The notes under the pieces: model-generated
The model's database searches: none
What the model saw: the letters and a program-made list of their open reading frames with translations, nothing else
Told to the model about the DNA's origin: nothing
In this document: positions 41,880 through 51,415 of the stretch, one piece after another
Numbering within the stretch: position 1 is the stretch's first letter
Layout: every line of letters starts with the position of its first letter
Assembly: GCA_029856365.1 (NCBI GenBank)
Contig: JAHQWW010000001.1
Coordinates: 90,568-154,567, forward strand
Length of the DNA: 64,000 bases
DNA from: Candidatus Hodarchaeota archaeon
Lineage (GTDB): Archaea > Asgardarchaeota > Heimdallarchaeia > Hodarchaeales > Hodarchaeaceae
Direction of reading: 5' to 3'
Translations under genes and position numbers: made by a program

Positions 41880-42695
41880 ATGAGTATTAATGTTATGGAA
41901 ACCCCGTATTCCCCTTCCATTTTGACTAGAATCGTCTTTTTAGGGCAAATATTTCTTACTAAAATTCTATACGATAAGAAGACCTACATCTTAATCTTCG
42001 TGAGTATTCTTCCCCTCTTGCCCTACATTCATAAAACAACTGCTAGTACAAGTGACTATATGGATATAATCGTTATTGGTCAAGAAACCAACATTTTTAA
42101 CTTTTTAATTCTGCCTCTAATTTGTCTAATATTAGGAATATCCGCTATTTCGGATGAGAAGGAGAATAAAACGATTAGTCAATTATTATCAAGACCAATT
42201 AGAAGAGAAGAGATAGTATTAGTTAAATGGATCTCGGTTCTTATGATTGGGGTCGCAATCGCTTGTTTAGATGTCATAATTATTTATTTCGGGTTGTCTG
42301 TTATTGTTAATGAGTATACATTCTTATTTGAACGATTGGATGTTCTTTTGGGAGCATGGTTATTCGTAGGGTTATGGGTAGCTGTATATGGTACGATATT
42401 TTTGCTTTTAGGAGTCCTCATTGACAAAAATGCATTAGGATGGGGACTAGCTATTGCTTATTTCGAGGTTTTCTTTGCGCAATTCATCTTTGGGCCATTC
42501 GCAGGTGGTGCAAATAGTCCCTACTCTATTGCTAACCATATCTATTATGTTACAGCAGAATATTTCTTAGTGGATTATTTTAACTTTAATATTCCTGATT
42601 TTGATCCATTAAATTCTCTTATAATCTGTATCGCTTTGGTAGTTGGATTCTTGCTACTATCAATGTTTACAATACGCAGAAAAGATTTTCCATAA
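41880..42695 (+). CDS. ABC-2 type permease
   Basis: ISDEKENKTISQLLSRPIRREEIVLVK; C-terminal RRKD. Confidence 0.88.
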   Translation: MSINVMETPYSPSILTRIVFLGQIFLTKILYDKKTYILIFVSILPLLPYIHKTTASTSDYMDIIVIGQETNIFNFLILPLICLILGISAISDEKENKTISQLLSRPIRREEIVLVKWISVLMIGVAIACLDVIIIYFGLSVIVNEYTFLFERLDVLLGAWLFVGLWVAVYGTIFLLLGVLIDKNALGWGLAIAYFEVFFAQFIFGPFAGGANSPYSIANHIYYVTAEYFLVDYFNFNIPDFDPLNSLIICIALVVGFLLLSMFTIRRKDFP

Positions 42696-42717
42696 GTTCA
42701 ATTACCTCTTCATTCTT

Positions 42718-43485
42718 TTATTTTTTTCCTAAATAGCGAAGAGAGTTATCTATGATAATTTGCTGTAATTCATTTCTCTTTTGATTGGTTAAATTTGCAA
42801 TAAGGTCAATAACTTCTGACATCATTCCAGGGTGTCCCACCCGCCCTTGATACTTGACATTCCCATCTGATTCAGTTAACAATCTGTCGAGAGGGACCTT
42901 TTTAGGAACTTTTTGATGTTTTGAATAGCTTAAAGCTGGTCCACAGGAAAAGTAGCAATCAAGATCCACGAGTTTCTTTAAAATCTGGGTTGGACCAGAA
43001 TACCAATGGATACAACAGGTCTTACCCAGAAGAGTTCTTGTTTCGATGTAATCAGCAATATCTGCCTCTGCTCCTTTAACATGAAGCATAAGTTGAAGCT
43101 TTCGTTTTTCCGCATGTGTAAAAAAGAAATCTAGTACTTTCTTTTGAAAAGAGTATCTTTCCTTTTGTTTTATGAAATGATAATCTAATCCAATCTCACC
43201 TAGAATTTTAATTTCTTTGTTTTCTGAAAGTAATCGATCAAAATTATTTAGTTCAATATGTTTTTTATGAGCTTTCCAAGGATGAATTCCAACAGCTGGG
43301 ATAATTTCTGCGTATTTCTTTGAAAGCTCAATAGAACGGAGTGATTCGGCATAATTTTGGCTTACTGAGACCACATACATAATTTTCTGTTGACGCCACT
43401 GCATAATGTGAGTATTAATGTCCTTGAAGAAATAATTTTCAGGTAAATGACAGTGGACATCAATATAGAATTCAGGCTTTGTCAT
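42718..43485 (-). CDS. tatD: TatD family nuclease
   Basis: DVHCH, GIHP, GEIGLDY, IHWYSG, LLTESD. Confidence 0.9.
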   Translation of the reverse strand: MTKPEFYIDVHCHLPENYFFKDINTHIMQWRQQKIMYVVSVSQNYAESLRSIELSKKYAEIIPAVGIHPWKAHKKHIELNNFDRLLSENKEIKILGEIGLDYHFIKQKERYSFQKKVLDFFFTHAEKRKLQLMLHVKGAEADIADYIETRTLLGKTCCIHWYSGPTQILKKLVDLDCYFSCGPALSYSKHQKVPKKVPLDRLLTESDGNVKYQGRVGHPGMMSEVIDLIANLTNQKRNELQQIIIDNSLRYLGKK

Positions 43486-43520
43486 TCAAAGTTGCACCTT
43501 TCTGAGACTGGAAATGATGG

Positions 43521-44981
43521 TTGATGCGATATACAAGGAAGAATATGCTATTAAAATTCTTTGAGCTAGGAACAATAGAACCTGTTTTACGTATCCTTGC
43601 TAACCACCTTGTTACTGCTTGTCCTCGGTGTCATAAAATCCCTATTAATGAAGTATTTGCAGAAGTACAAAGAAATCAATCATCATTTTGTTGGCGCTGC
43701 CAACCTGACCGTATCAGCGCCAAAATATTCTTGAAGAGAGTACTCCGCCTTAAGGACAAAGAATTCCAAGAATTTACATCGAATACCTTGTATACGCGTT
43801 CTGTAATTGCATGGCTTCGAGGAGTTGGCAGATTTGGCGTGAGTAGACCTCAACCAACTCTTCCTCCAATTGCCATTGTTTGGAACTTTACTTACCGCTG
43901 TAATTTAAAGTGTTTGCATTGTTATCAAGATTCTTTTTCACATTCAGAGGTATTTAATTATTCAAAAGAACTATCTACAGCTGAAGCTCTTCAGGTTGTT
44001 GACATAATAGCGAAATCTGGTTGTGGTTCTTTAAGCTTCTCTGGTGGGGAACCATTAATCCGTGATGATTTTTTTCAAATAGCAAGACAAACAACTAAAC
44101 GTGGATTAATGTGTACTCTCTCTAGTAACGGAACAATGATCGATCATACCATTGCTGAAGAATTAGTAGCTTCAGGAGTTTCTGGGATATCAATTAGTCT
44201 TGATAGTCTTAATTCCTCTTTTCATGATGAGCTTAGGGGTGTTAAAGGGGCACATACCAAAGCTCTTCAGGGAATAGAAGCATGTGCTGAAATCGGACGA
44301 TTCAAAGAGCTCATTATTGCTATGACATTGACCAATAGAAATTCGAAGGATATCTCAGGACTTATTGAATTGGCTTTTGAAGTTGGTGCTACACGCCTAT
44401 ATATTTCTAGGATTTTACCAGTAGGAAGGGGGAAGGCTTTACAACATTTTAATATGAAACCATCAGATAGAAAAAAGATCTTAAAAGATCTTGCGCAAGA
44501 ATTCGTTAATTATTCTCGGACTGGGGAACGAATAGCAGTAATGACTCGTGGAATGACTTATTTTGCTCCTCAATGTGCTGTATTATCTAATTATGAAATA
44601 TTTCCTATCAGTGAAATTGTTGTAGGGTTCGAAAAACGTCATAAAGATATTTTGGGGAGTAAAACTGCCAAGAAACTTTTCAGACAATTCGCAGAATATG
44701 CAGGAGGCTGTGCAACAGGTCTTACTTATTGCGGATTAAGTCCTGAGGGAGATATCCTACCATGTGCTCCTGCTACCGATGTTCATCTGGGTAATATACT
44801 ACGTTATGGATTAGAAGAAATCTGGGTGAACCACCCCATTTTACGCACTTTACGTAATCGCTCCCATATTAAGGGAAAATGTGGTAGATGTGCACATAAT
44901 CTTATTTGTGGTGGTTGTCGGGTAACTGCTTATGGAGAGACTGGTGATTGGCTTGCGTCTGATCCGTCATGCCCATATTGA
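43521..44981 (+). CDS. Radical SAM/SPASM protein (NirJ/Ahb-like)
   Basis: CNLKCLHC, SGGEP, SPASM GGCATG...PC...CGRC...CGGCR...DPSC. Confidence 0.88.
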   Translation: MMRYTRKNMLLKFFELGTIEPVLRILANHLVTACPRCHKIPINEVFAEVQRNQSSFCWRCQPDRISAKIFLKRVLRLKDKEFQEFTSNTLYTRSVIAWLRGVGRFGVSRPQPTLPPIAIVWNFTYRCNLKCLHCYQDSFSHSEVFNYSKELSTAEALQVVDIIAKSGCGSLSFSGGEPLIRDDFFQIARQTTKRGLMCTLSSNGTMIDHTIAEELVASGVSGISISLDSLNSSFHDELRGVKGAHTKALQGIEACAEIGRFKELIIAMTLTNRNSKDISGLIELAFEVGATRLYISRILPVGRGKALQHFNMKPSDRKKILKDLAQEFVNYSRTGERIAVMTRGMTYFAPQCAVLSNYEIFPISEIVVGFEKRHKDILGSKTAKKLFRQFAEYAGGCATGLTYCGLSPEGDILPCAPATDVHLGNILRYGLEEIWVNHPILRTLRNRSHIKGKCGRCAHNLICGGCRVTAYGETGDWLASDPSCPY

Positions 44982-45004
44982 TTTAACTTTCCTCTTTGGT
45001 AATA

Positions 45005-45520
45005 TCACTTCTGTAATAATAAATCACTATAGGAACTAGAGATCAGATCTTCCTCTGATACTCCAAATAGTTCAAGAAAAAAACGGCATTGTTCCTCTAG
45101 TTTTTTTATTCCAATCATCCCCTCATTATCAATAGCCTCAACTTCAACGAAAGAGCCTAAATCCTTTATAAAATCAATATGAAACTTTACGTTTTCTATG
45201 AAAAAAATCGCTCTTTTTTTCTCTACTACTACAAGGATACCTAGAGATTTCGTTAGAATTTCTTTTAAAGAGGAATATGAATTAAGAGGAAAAAGACTCA
45301 CATTGGATTGTTTTGGCCATTTTGTGGCCTTTCGCTCATAATAAATCAAAGCATTCTCGATGTTTCCTTCCCTCAACTTCAATCTTCCTGAATTCACTTT
45401 AAAGTATGTATCTACTTGATTATCCGTACCTTGATAATTAGCATTTCTGGAGATAAGAATTTCTTTAATTTTATTGGGATTAGCGCACTTTGCCTTGAAT
45501 TCTATATTTCTATGAACCAT
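45005..45520 (-). CDS. CYTH domain protein (class IV adenylate cyclase-like)
   Basis: NIEFKA, QVDTYF, RLKLRE, GSFVEVE, SYSDLL. Confidence 0.88.
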   Translation of the reverse strand: MVHRNIEFKAKCANPNKIKEILISRNANYQGTDNQVDTYFKVNSGRLKLREGNIENALIYYERKATKWPKQSNVSLFPLNSYSSLKEILTKSLGILVVVEKKRAIFFIENVKFHIDFIKDLGSFVEVEAIDNEGMIGIKKLEEQCRFFLELFGVSEEDLISSSYSDLLLQK

Positions 45521-45683
45521 AGCATTTCTTTCTTAAGTGTCACCAAGATTAATATAAAGAATTTTTAAGCGAGTAATCCGAAATTTCAATTAGGTTTGGT
45601 ACCTAGATATCTTTTTGTAGAACAAATGAAAAGGAGTTAAAAGGAGAATAACAAGTTTAGATTATCTTATTCATCTCCAAAAG

Positions 45684-46079
45684 GTGGGGTTAGCCGTAGT
45701 AATGCTTATGGTTTACCTTAGAACGACTTCTTTACGTAGAACCTTTGCTAGATATCTTACTTTATATCCTGATCTCTTTGCAGGTAAATTAGTTGAAGGA
45801 CTATTTCTTATGAAGAATACTGGAAAAAGTATGACCTTAATTTTGCCTGAAATGCAAAAACATAAGGGGAACATTGAAGTATCAATTCTTGAACCGCTAC
45901 GAATTGAAGATTTATTAGATGATTTAGAGCTAGAAAGGATGGCCTCTTGGCTGAAGGACAAAAATCGAGTTCGAAAAATATTGCAAAATGATAAAGAGGA
46001 GCAACTTCCAAAGGAAATCGCAAAACTTCTACAACAAGTATCAAGGAAACGCTTCTCTGTTCAATGGAGACTCACTTGA
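45684..46079 (+). CDS. Hypothetical protein, first gene of the SMC-like operon
   Basis: 131-aa ORF co-oriented with and 24 bp from the next ORF. Confidence 0.6.
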   Translation: MGLAVVMLMVYLRTTSLRRTFARYLTLYPDLFAGKLVEGLFLMKNTGKSMTLILPEMQKHKGNIEVSILEPLRIEDLLDDLELERMASWLKDKNRVRKILQNDKEEQLPKEIAKLLQQVSRKRFSVQWRLT

Positions 46080-46103
46080 TTTTGGAGAATAGAAATCAGA
46101 AAT

Positions 46104-46292
46104 TTGGAGGATAATTTCTTGGTTAATGAAAAGGTAAGTGACAAGGAATCATTTCTTCATTTAGCTGAAACTGAGTTGATTGACTATCTTAAACAGCTTA
46201 GCTCTTTACCAACGCAATCTTCAAAAAAAGAAGACCCCATATCAAGTATTCTGCAAAAATACGTAAAAAAATGGCGGGGGATTAAGAAATGA
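46104..46292 (+). CDS. Small hypothetical protein coupled to the SMC-like gene
   Basis: 62 aa; stop overlaps the next start (ATGA). Confidence 0.55.
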   Translation: MEDNFLVNEKVSDKESFLHLAETELIDYLKQLSSLPTQSSKKEDPISSILQKYVKKWRGIKK

Positions 46293-48133
46293 CCTTGCAT
46301 ATAACCTTAGAAAATATTGGAGGGATTGATAAGGTCGGATTGGACTTTAAGAAAGGGAAGAATTTAATCAAAGCACCAAATGCAACTGGGAAAAGTTCAC
46401 TTGTCCGAGGAATTGAACTACTTAATTCACCAAAGGAGAGAATTGAAAATAAGCGTTATTATATCAATTTTTTCTCTGCTAAAGGGAGAGTTCAATTAAA
46501 ACAAGAGGGTAAAAAGCTCTGTGAAAGAATCTTTAAAACAACTGCGAATAAAGTGAATGTAGAAGGGCCTCCGTTCTACCCAGAAGGTCAAAAAGCAAAC
46601 TTATTTACTTTAGCGACCCCTGATAATGAGCTTATAGCTGCAATCACAGCTGGAAAAAAGTTAGAGAGTTTACTTACTCAGTATTCTGACGTGAGGTATT
46701 ATTCCTTCTTAATTTCTCACCTTAAAAGTCTTCTGGCTAATTTGAAGAAAGATCTCCGTATATATTTGATATATGAATCTGATATTGATGATATGCAGCA
46801 AGAACATTCTCAACTAGAGAAAGAACTGGAAACCACCAAAATCGAACGTGAAACCCTTCCTGAAATTAATATGGAAGAGATTCAATCATATTCAGAGCTA
46901 GAGAATCGGTACCATAAATTGTCTAAGGAGGTTCTCTCTCTTAAGAATGAAATAGAAACAGCATCTGATATAATTAGGCTAAATATGGCCAGAAATCGCG
47001 ATACAAAGGTCCAAATCAAATCCATGGAAGAAGAGATAAAGAATTTCATGGTAGAACACCCAAGCGTTGATCAGGAAATTGCTCGGATAGCTGATGAAAT
47101 CAAAGAATACCGACGATATTTAGATGAAGTAAAAAATGAAAAAACTGAAACTGAAAAGTCAATCAAAGAAGTACGTAACTGGATCTCCCTTTCTCAAAGG
47201 ATGCCAGACTTGCGTAAGTGTATAGTTTGTGGAAGACCTTATACTGAAAAGCATGCTAAGACACGTGAAGATAAATTACTAGTGGACGATTCTCATCTCA
47301 GCAAGCGTGTTCGTGAATTAGAATTCCAGATTGATGATGCAGAACGTCGAAAAGAAGACTTAGAAGTATTAATTCATAAGATCAAAAATGATAATCAAAT
47401 AAGGATTAGTAAAGCGAAACAAGAAATTAGACGATTGCAAAAGGAAATAAAAGAGAAGAAGAAAGAAATAGAGGCTTCTGAGCAGAAACATGTTCAAAAA
47501 GAGTCTGAATTAAAAATTCTCGAGAAATCCATTGATCAAGGACGAGCTGACTCAATTAAACTAATCAACGAGCTTGATGCCAAGATCCAGAGAATTTTAG
47601 GGAAGATCGAGCAGCTTGATAAACAGATAGAGGAAAAATCAAAGCGAATCGATCAAATTGACCAAGTACAATCAGAATACGATTTCTTTAGTGCATTACA
47701 AGCTCATCTCGAAGAGCGGGAAAGGATTGTGAAATTGGGTGTAATAGAGAATTTTAATCGTCAAATCAAGAAGGTATATCAATTGATGTCATATCGGGAT
47801 TTTGAAGACATCCGAATTGATCCTACTTTCAAGCTAATTGTCAAACGTAAACGTAAAGGGAAGTTGATTGATCAACCGATTGAAAGCTTAAGTGACAGTG
47901 AACGAATCACTATTGCATTGATTGTCATGTTAGCAGGTCGTGAGGAATACCTTAGCAAGTATCCACTTTTCGTATTGGATAAAGTGACTTTAGATTACGA
48001 CCCCTCACGTCTTCTGATGATTTTGGATTATCTTAGTTTACGGGAGGTTCCATACATCTTGGTAACTTTAGCCCAAAGTATCGAAGATAGTAGTGGTCAC
48101 CTAGAGGTTGAACATCTCGGAGCTGAAGTCTGA
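46289..48133 (+). CDS. Archaea-specific SMC-related protein (Sph-like) with a Rad50-type zinc hook
   Basis: LENIGGI, Walker A APNATGKSS, long coiled coil with central CIVC, signature LSDSE, Walker B FVLDK. Confidence 0.85.
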   Translation: MTLHITLENIGGIDKVGLDFKKGKNLIKAPNATGKSSLVRGIELLNSPKERIENKRYYINFFSAKGRVQLKQEGKKLCERIFKTTANKVNVEGPPFYPEGQKANLFTLATPDNELIAAITAGKKLESLLTQYSDVRYYSFLISHLKSLLANLKKDLRIYLIYESDIDDMQQEHSQLEKELETTKIERETLPEINMEEIQSYSELENRYHKLSKEVLSLKNEIETASDIIRLNMARNRDTKVQIKSMEEEIKNFMVEHPSVDQEIARIADEIKEYRRYLDEVKNEKTETEKSIKEVRNWISLSQRMPDLRKCIVCGRPYTEKHAKTREDKLLVDDSHLSKRVRELEFQIDDAERRKEDLEVLIHKIKNDNQIRISKAKQEIRRLQKEIKEKKKEIEASEQKHVQKESELKILEKSIDQGRADSIKLINELDAKIQRILGKIEQLDKQIEEKSKRIDQIDQVQSEYDFFSALQAHLEERERIVKLGVIENFNRQIKKVYQLMSYRDFEDIRIDPTFKLIVKRKRKGKLIDQPIESLSDSERITIALIVMLAGREEYLSKYPLFVLDKVTLDYDPSRLLMILDYLSLREVPYILVTLAQSIEDSSGHLEVEHLGAEV

Positions 48134-48135
48134 CT

Positions 48136-48495
48136 TCAATCCCTAGTAGCAATTGCCTCAATCTCTATACGAGCACCTAATGGAAGTGCAGCTACTTGGA
48201 TTGTAGCTCGAGCTGGTGGGTCAGATGGGAAAGATTTGGCATATACTTCGTTTACTGCAGCAAAATCGTTGATATCTACTAAATAAATGGTGGTTTTTAC
48301 AATATCACTTAGAAAAGCATCTACTTCACCGAGAATATTTTCAATTTTTTGAATCACTTGTTCAGTTTGGGTCTTAATATCAGCATCTAAGTCAGTAGCA
48401 ATCTGACCAGAAACATAAATTTGTCTTATTCTTGATGTTTCAATCGCAGGACTATATGGTCCTACTACTTTGCCAGTTTTTATTACTCTTCTCAT
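48136..48495 (-). CDS. ridA: RidA/YjgF family deaminase
   Basis: GPYSPA, VSGQI, DFAAVNEVY, PPARA, IEIEA. Confidence 0.9.
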   Translation of the reverse strand: MRRVIKTGKVVGPYSPAIETSRIRQIYVSGQIATDLDADIKTQTEQVIQKIENILGEVDAFLSDIVKTTIYLVDINDFAAVNEVYAKSFPSDPPARATIQVAALPLGARIEIEAIATRD

Positions 48496-48533
48496 AAGAT
48501 TTCACTTCTCTATAATTAATAAAGAAGATTAAT

Positions 48534-48965
48534 TTATTCAATTACATAAGGTAACTTTAATAGCTTCAACTTCGTATGAGGATCTTCTTCCCGAATGACT
48601 TGGGGATCAAATACTGATATTTGGATTTCGCAGGTGACAGATACAATACACCCTGACATTATATGTCCACCAATACAGGAACCATCTATTCTCCCGAAAA
48701 TACCATGTAGGTGAACTATCTGATTCTGAGCAACGTTTCCCAGCAAAGATACAATCTCTAAATTTTCAGTAAAAGTATTTACCAGATATTTTGTACCATC
48801 AAAAAATCCAATTTTCGCTGCTGAGACGGCACCAATTCCCTGTATTTGTCCAGATCCAATATCAGGGTTATGTTTACAGAATTTTTGGAGGGATTCAAGG
48901 ATATCTTCTCCCCGAAAAAGACGGAGAAGGTATTTCTTCTGACTAATTTGAGGAAGATACTTCAC
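48534..48965 (-). CDS. PPC domain (DUF296) protein
   Basis: GEDILESL, GIGAV, EIVSLLGN, HLH, GGH. Confidence 0.88.
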   Translation of the reverse strand: MKYLPQISQKKYLLRLFRGEDILESLQKFCKHNPDIGSGQIQGIGAVSAAKIGFFDGTKYLVNTFTENLEIVSLLGNVAQNQIVHLHGIFGRIDGSCIGGHIMSGCIVSVTCEIQISVFDPQVIREEDPHTKLKLLKLPYVIE

Positions 48966-49198
48966 AGCTTTATGGTCTCCTTAACACACCAATAGAGTTC
49001 ACGAATAAATAAAGTTTGAGTTAATTTCAACGATTTCTTCCTTAAAGAAATATCAAAGAAAAGGTTTTTTAAGATGATTAACTGATGTTATTTGGAATTA
49101 CTTTTAAATTCTCGAATTAGAGCCTATTAAGTTGATTAAAAACAACTAACAACATAGATCTTCTTTGTTGTAGAAGTTTAATTGTGGGGTTTTAACTC

Positions 49199-50185
49199 TT
49201 GAAAATGCACTGTGATAGTAATTGTCGGCCCTGTGTGTTAGAGGGGGGTCCTAGTCGTGATCTTAACGATTCTTCTCATATCTTTTATGCTTATTTTTGT
49301 CCAACTTGTCGCTCCGCATTCTTTTGTGAGATAGGAGTAGTACGACAGTTTTCATCCAATAAAACTAATTATTATTGTGTGGAATGCGGTAAAACCCTAG
49401 TTACAAAATCTCTTGAAGAAATTGCTTTAGAAAAAGCTCGCTTCTTAATGGATAACCAGAAACTTAGCAGAAGTGGAAAGTTTAGACCAACTCTTGTACA
49501 AAAGAAGGGGGGTAGATCTGTTGAGTCTCTTTCAATGTTATATGACACAAAAACAACCAGTGCTTTTCATCAGTCGTTGATCACCGAAATGACTCGAATT
49601 TCGGGTTTATCACCTCAAGTTATTAGTAATTTCGCTCTAGATTTTGGTATAGGAGAAAATGTAATTTCAAGTCTTTCTAGCGATAATGAGGCAGATAATG
49701 AGGCGATATTATTAACCCTTGCAAGTGTCTCTCCGAAATTTATTGAGATTCTTCATTCCATTCTAATTGGTCATGATCCTGAAGGGTTAGCTTTACGTTT
49801 CTCGGTATTTACAAACAATATTGCTGATATTGTGTTTATCCAACCATCTCGATCTCTAGTAGAATCAGGCCCCTACGATTTAATAGCTTATGATGGACAG
49901 GGTATGCGAATTTGGGTGTTCTGTGTCCAAGGAACAGTTGATTCTAAAGATATCGAGAAAATTGTTGGACCATTATTGAATCAAGAGTTATCAGAATTTA
50001 GTGGAGTATCAAAAATTTGTATTGTTGCTCAAGGTTTCTCATGGGTGGCTTTACAAATATTACGAAAATATCGGGGGGTTGTAGTTAGAGGAGATAGTGG
50101 AAGAAAATCGATACCATTTGAACTATGGCAAGAAAAGATTATTGAGGATCGTCCTGAAATCATATTTGAAAATATCCGACTTTAA
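49199..50185 (+). CDS. Zn-finger protein with a C-terminal degenerate Mrr-like restriction-endonuclease fold
   Basis: CPTC...CVEC; YDLIAYD...WVFCV...ICIVAQGFSWVA, where the catalytic ExK is absent. Confidence 0.45.
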   Translation: MKMHCDSNCRPCVLEGGPSRDLNDSSHIFYAYFCPTCRSAFFCEIGVVRQFSSNKTNYYCVECGKTLVTKSLEEIALEKARFLMDNQKLSRSGKFRPTLVQKKGGRSVESLSMLYDTKTTSAFHQSLITEMTRISGLSPQVISNFALDFGIGENVISSLSSDNEADNEAILLTLASVSPKFIEILHSILIGHDPEGLALRFSVFTNNIADIVFIQPSRSLVESGPYDLIAYDGQGMRIWVFCVQGTVDSKDIEKIVGPLLNQELSEFSGVSKICIVAQGFSWVALQILRKYRGVVVRGDSGRKSIPFELWQEKIIEDRPEIIFENIRL

Positions 50186-50193
50186 CATTTAAG

Positions 50194-50763
50194 GTGTTTT
50201 CAATGAGTTCTTCCTCATCAGAGACATCATTCATGGACTATTTTAGAGTTATACTTCTTGGTAGTCCAAGGGTAGGGAAAACTTCAATAATCCATTGGAT
50301 TCTTAATCTTTCCCCTTTAGACGAATATCACCCCACAATAGGCATAAAATTCTATAATCTAGACACTAATCTTAATAATAATCAGTATTTCCTCCAGTTT
50401 TGTGATGTTTCAGGTAATGAAGTCTTTTTTAGTCTTCCTCCCTCTTTTTTAAAGACTGCTACTGTTGTTGTTCTAGTTTTTGACTACAAAAGCAAAGATT
50501 CCCAACTCGAAATTCAAAATCTATACAGTAAAGTTTGTGAGTATCTTCCTTCTACAAAAATTTTAGTCATTGGAAACAAATTCGAGAATGAAAAGCGAGA
50601 TATCCCTAAGACATTAGCTTCATGGGCTAATACCAATGATATAGCTATAATTTCTCTGTCTATTCAGGAAAATATTGGAAAATCTCTTCTCTTGCAAAAT
50701 ATAATTGGAATTATCACCGATATTTCTGATAAACAACTCACAGAAGCAGTTGAAGTGGAGTAG
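50194..50763 (+). CDS. Ras/Rab-like small GTPase, divergent
   Basis: G1 GSPRVGKTS, G2 PTIG, G3 DVSGN, G4 NKFE, G5 SIQ. Confidence 0.85.
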   Translation: MFSMSSSSSETSFMDYFRVILLGSPRVGKTSIIHWILNLSPLDEYHPTIGIKFYNLDTNLNNNQYFLQFCDVSGNEVFFSLPPSFLKTATVVVLVFDYKSKDSQLEIQNLYSKVCEYLPSTKILVIGNKFENEKRDIPKTLASWANTNDIAIISLSIQENIGKSLLLQNIIGIITDISDKQLTEAVEVE

Positions 50764-50810
50764 GCTCCCCCATATTTTGATCAACTAGATTTTAGTATAT
50801 TAAACCTGAT

Positions 50811-51212
50811 CTATTTCCATTCATCATCAGTGTTTTGACATGATACCTGGACAATTTCGCATTTCCACCATTGTGATCTCTGTTGAAAAGCGCACATATC
50901 ATCAGTAATCTGACACTTGTGGTCTTCCTTTAAGTAAAGGCAAAGACTTGTCATTAGCAAGCGGAGGTTCATTTTTTCTGGCTGTTTACCAGTTTGATAG
51001 CTCTGGTATAATTGATCTCGGATTTCTTGATAATTATGCACCTGAACAGTTGTTAAAATACTTCCAGTTTTGAATGTTATTCCTCCTGTTAAAGTAGAAT
51101 CATCGAATTCTAGAAACTGAAAGAGCTGACGTTGGAGTGAATCAAGCATTTCATCGTCTATGTCTCCCACACCCATCATATTTAATAAATCACGCAATTT
51201 TTTCCGAAACAC
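50811..51212 (-). CDS. Hypothetical protein with a C-terminal Cys cluster
   Basis: C-x8-C-x6-C-x10-C; fills the space between the GTPase and the large ORF. Confidence 0.6.
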   Translation of the reverse strand: MFRKKLRDLLNMMGVGDIDDEMLDSLQRQLFQFLEFDDSTLTGGITFKTGSILTTVQVHNYQEIRDQLYQSYQTGKQPEKMNLRLLMTSLCLYLKEDHKCQITDDMCAFQQRSQWWKCEIVQVSCQNTDDEWK

Positions 51213-51415
51213 TTACACAACGCCTTCATAACAATTTTTAGTGCCATAACAAGTGGTCTTCATAGATTTAGATGCTTCATTCCACATTTTTAGTTTAATT
51301 AAAGTTAAATTTATATTAGTATAATTTATGCACCCTTCATATTTTTATATAACTAAACATTTTGAATAGAGCGCGCTCAAGTAGAAATAACAATAACGTT
51401 GTGGAGAATCCTTCA

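Noticed and set aside
46289-48133. Rad50/SbcC or Wadjet JetC assignment
   Set aside because: No adjacent Mre11/SbcD or JetABD genes, short length, and motifs that fit Sph-like proteins better
49199-50185. Cognate restriction endonuclease for the MTase cluster
   Set aside because: About 29 kb away, lacks the (D/E)xK catalytic residues and is coupled to a GTPase gene
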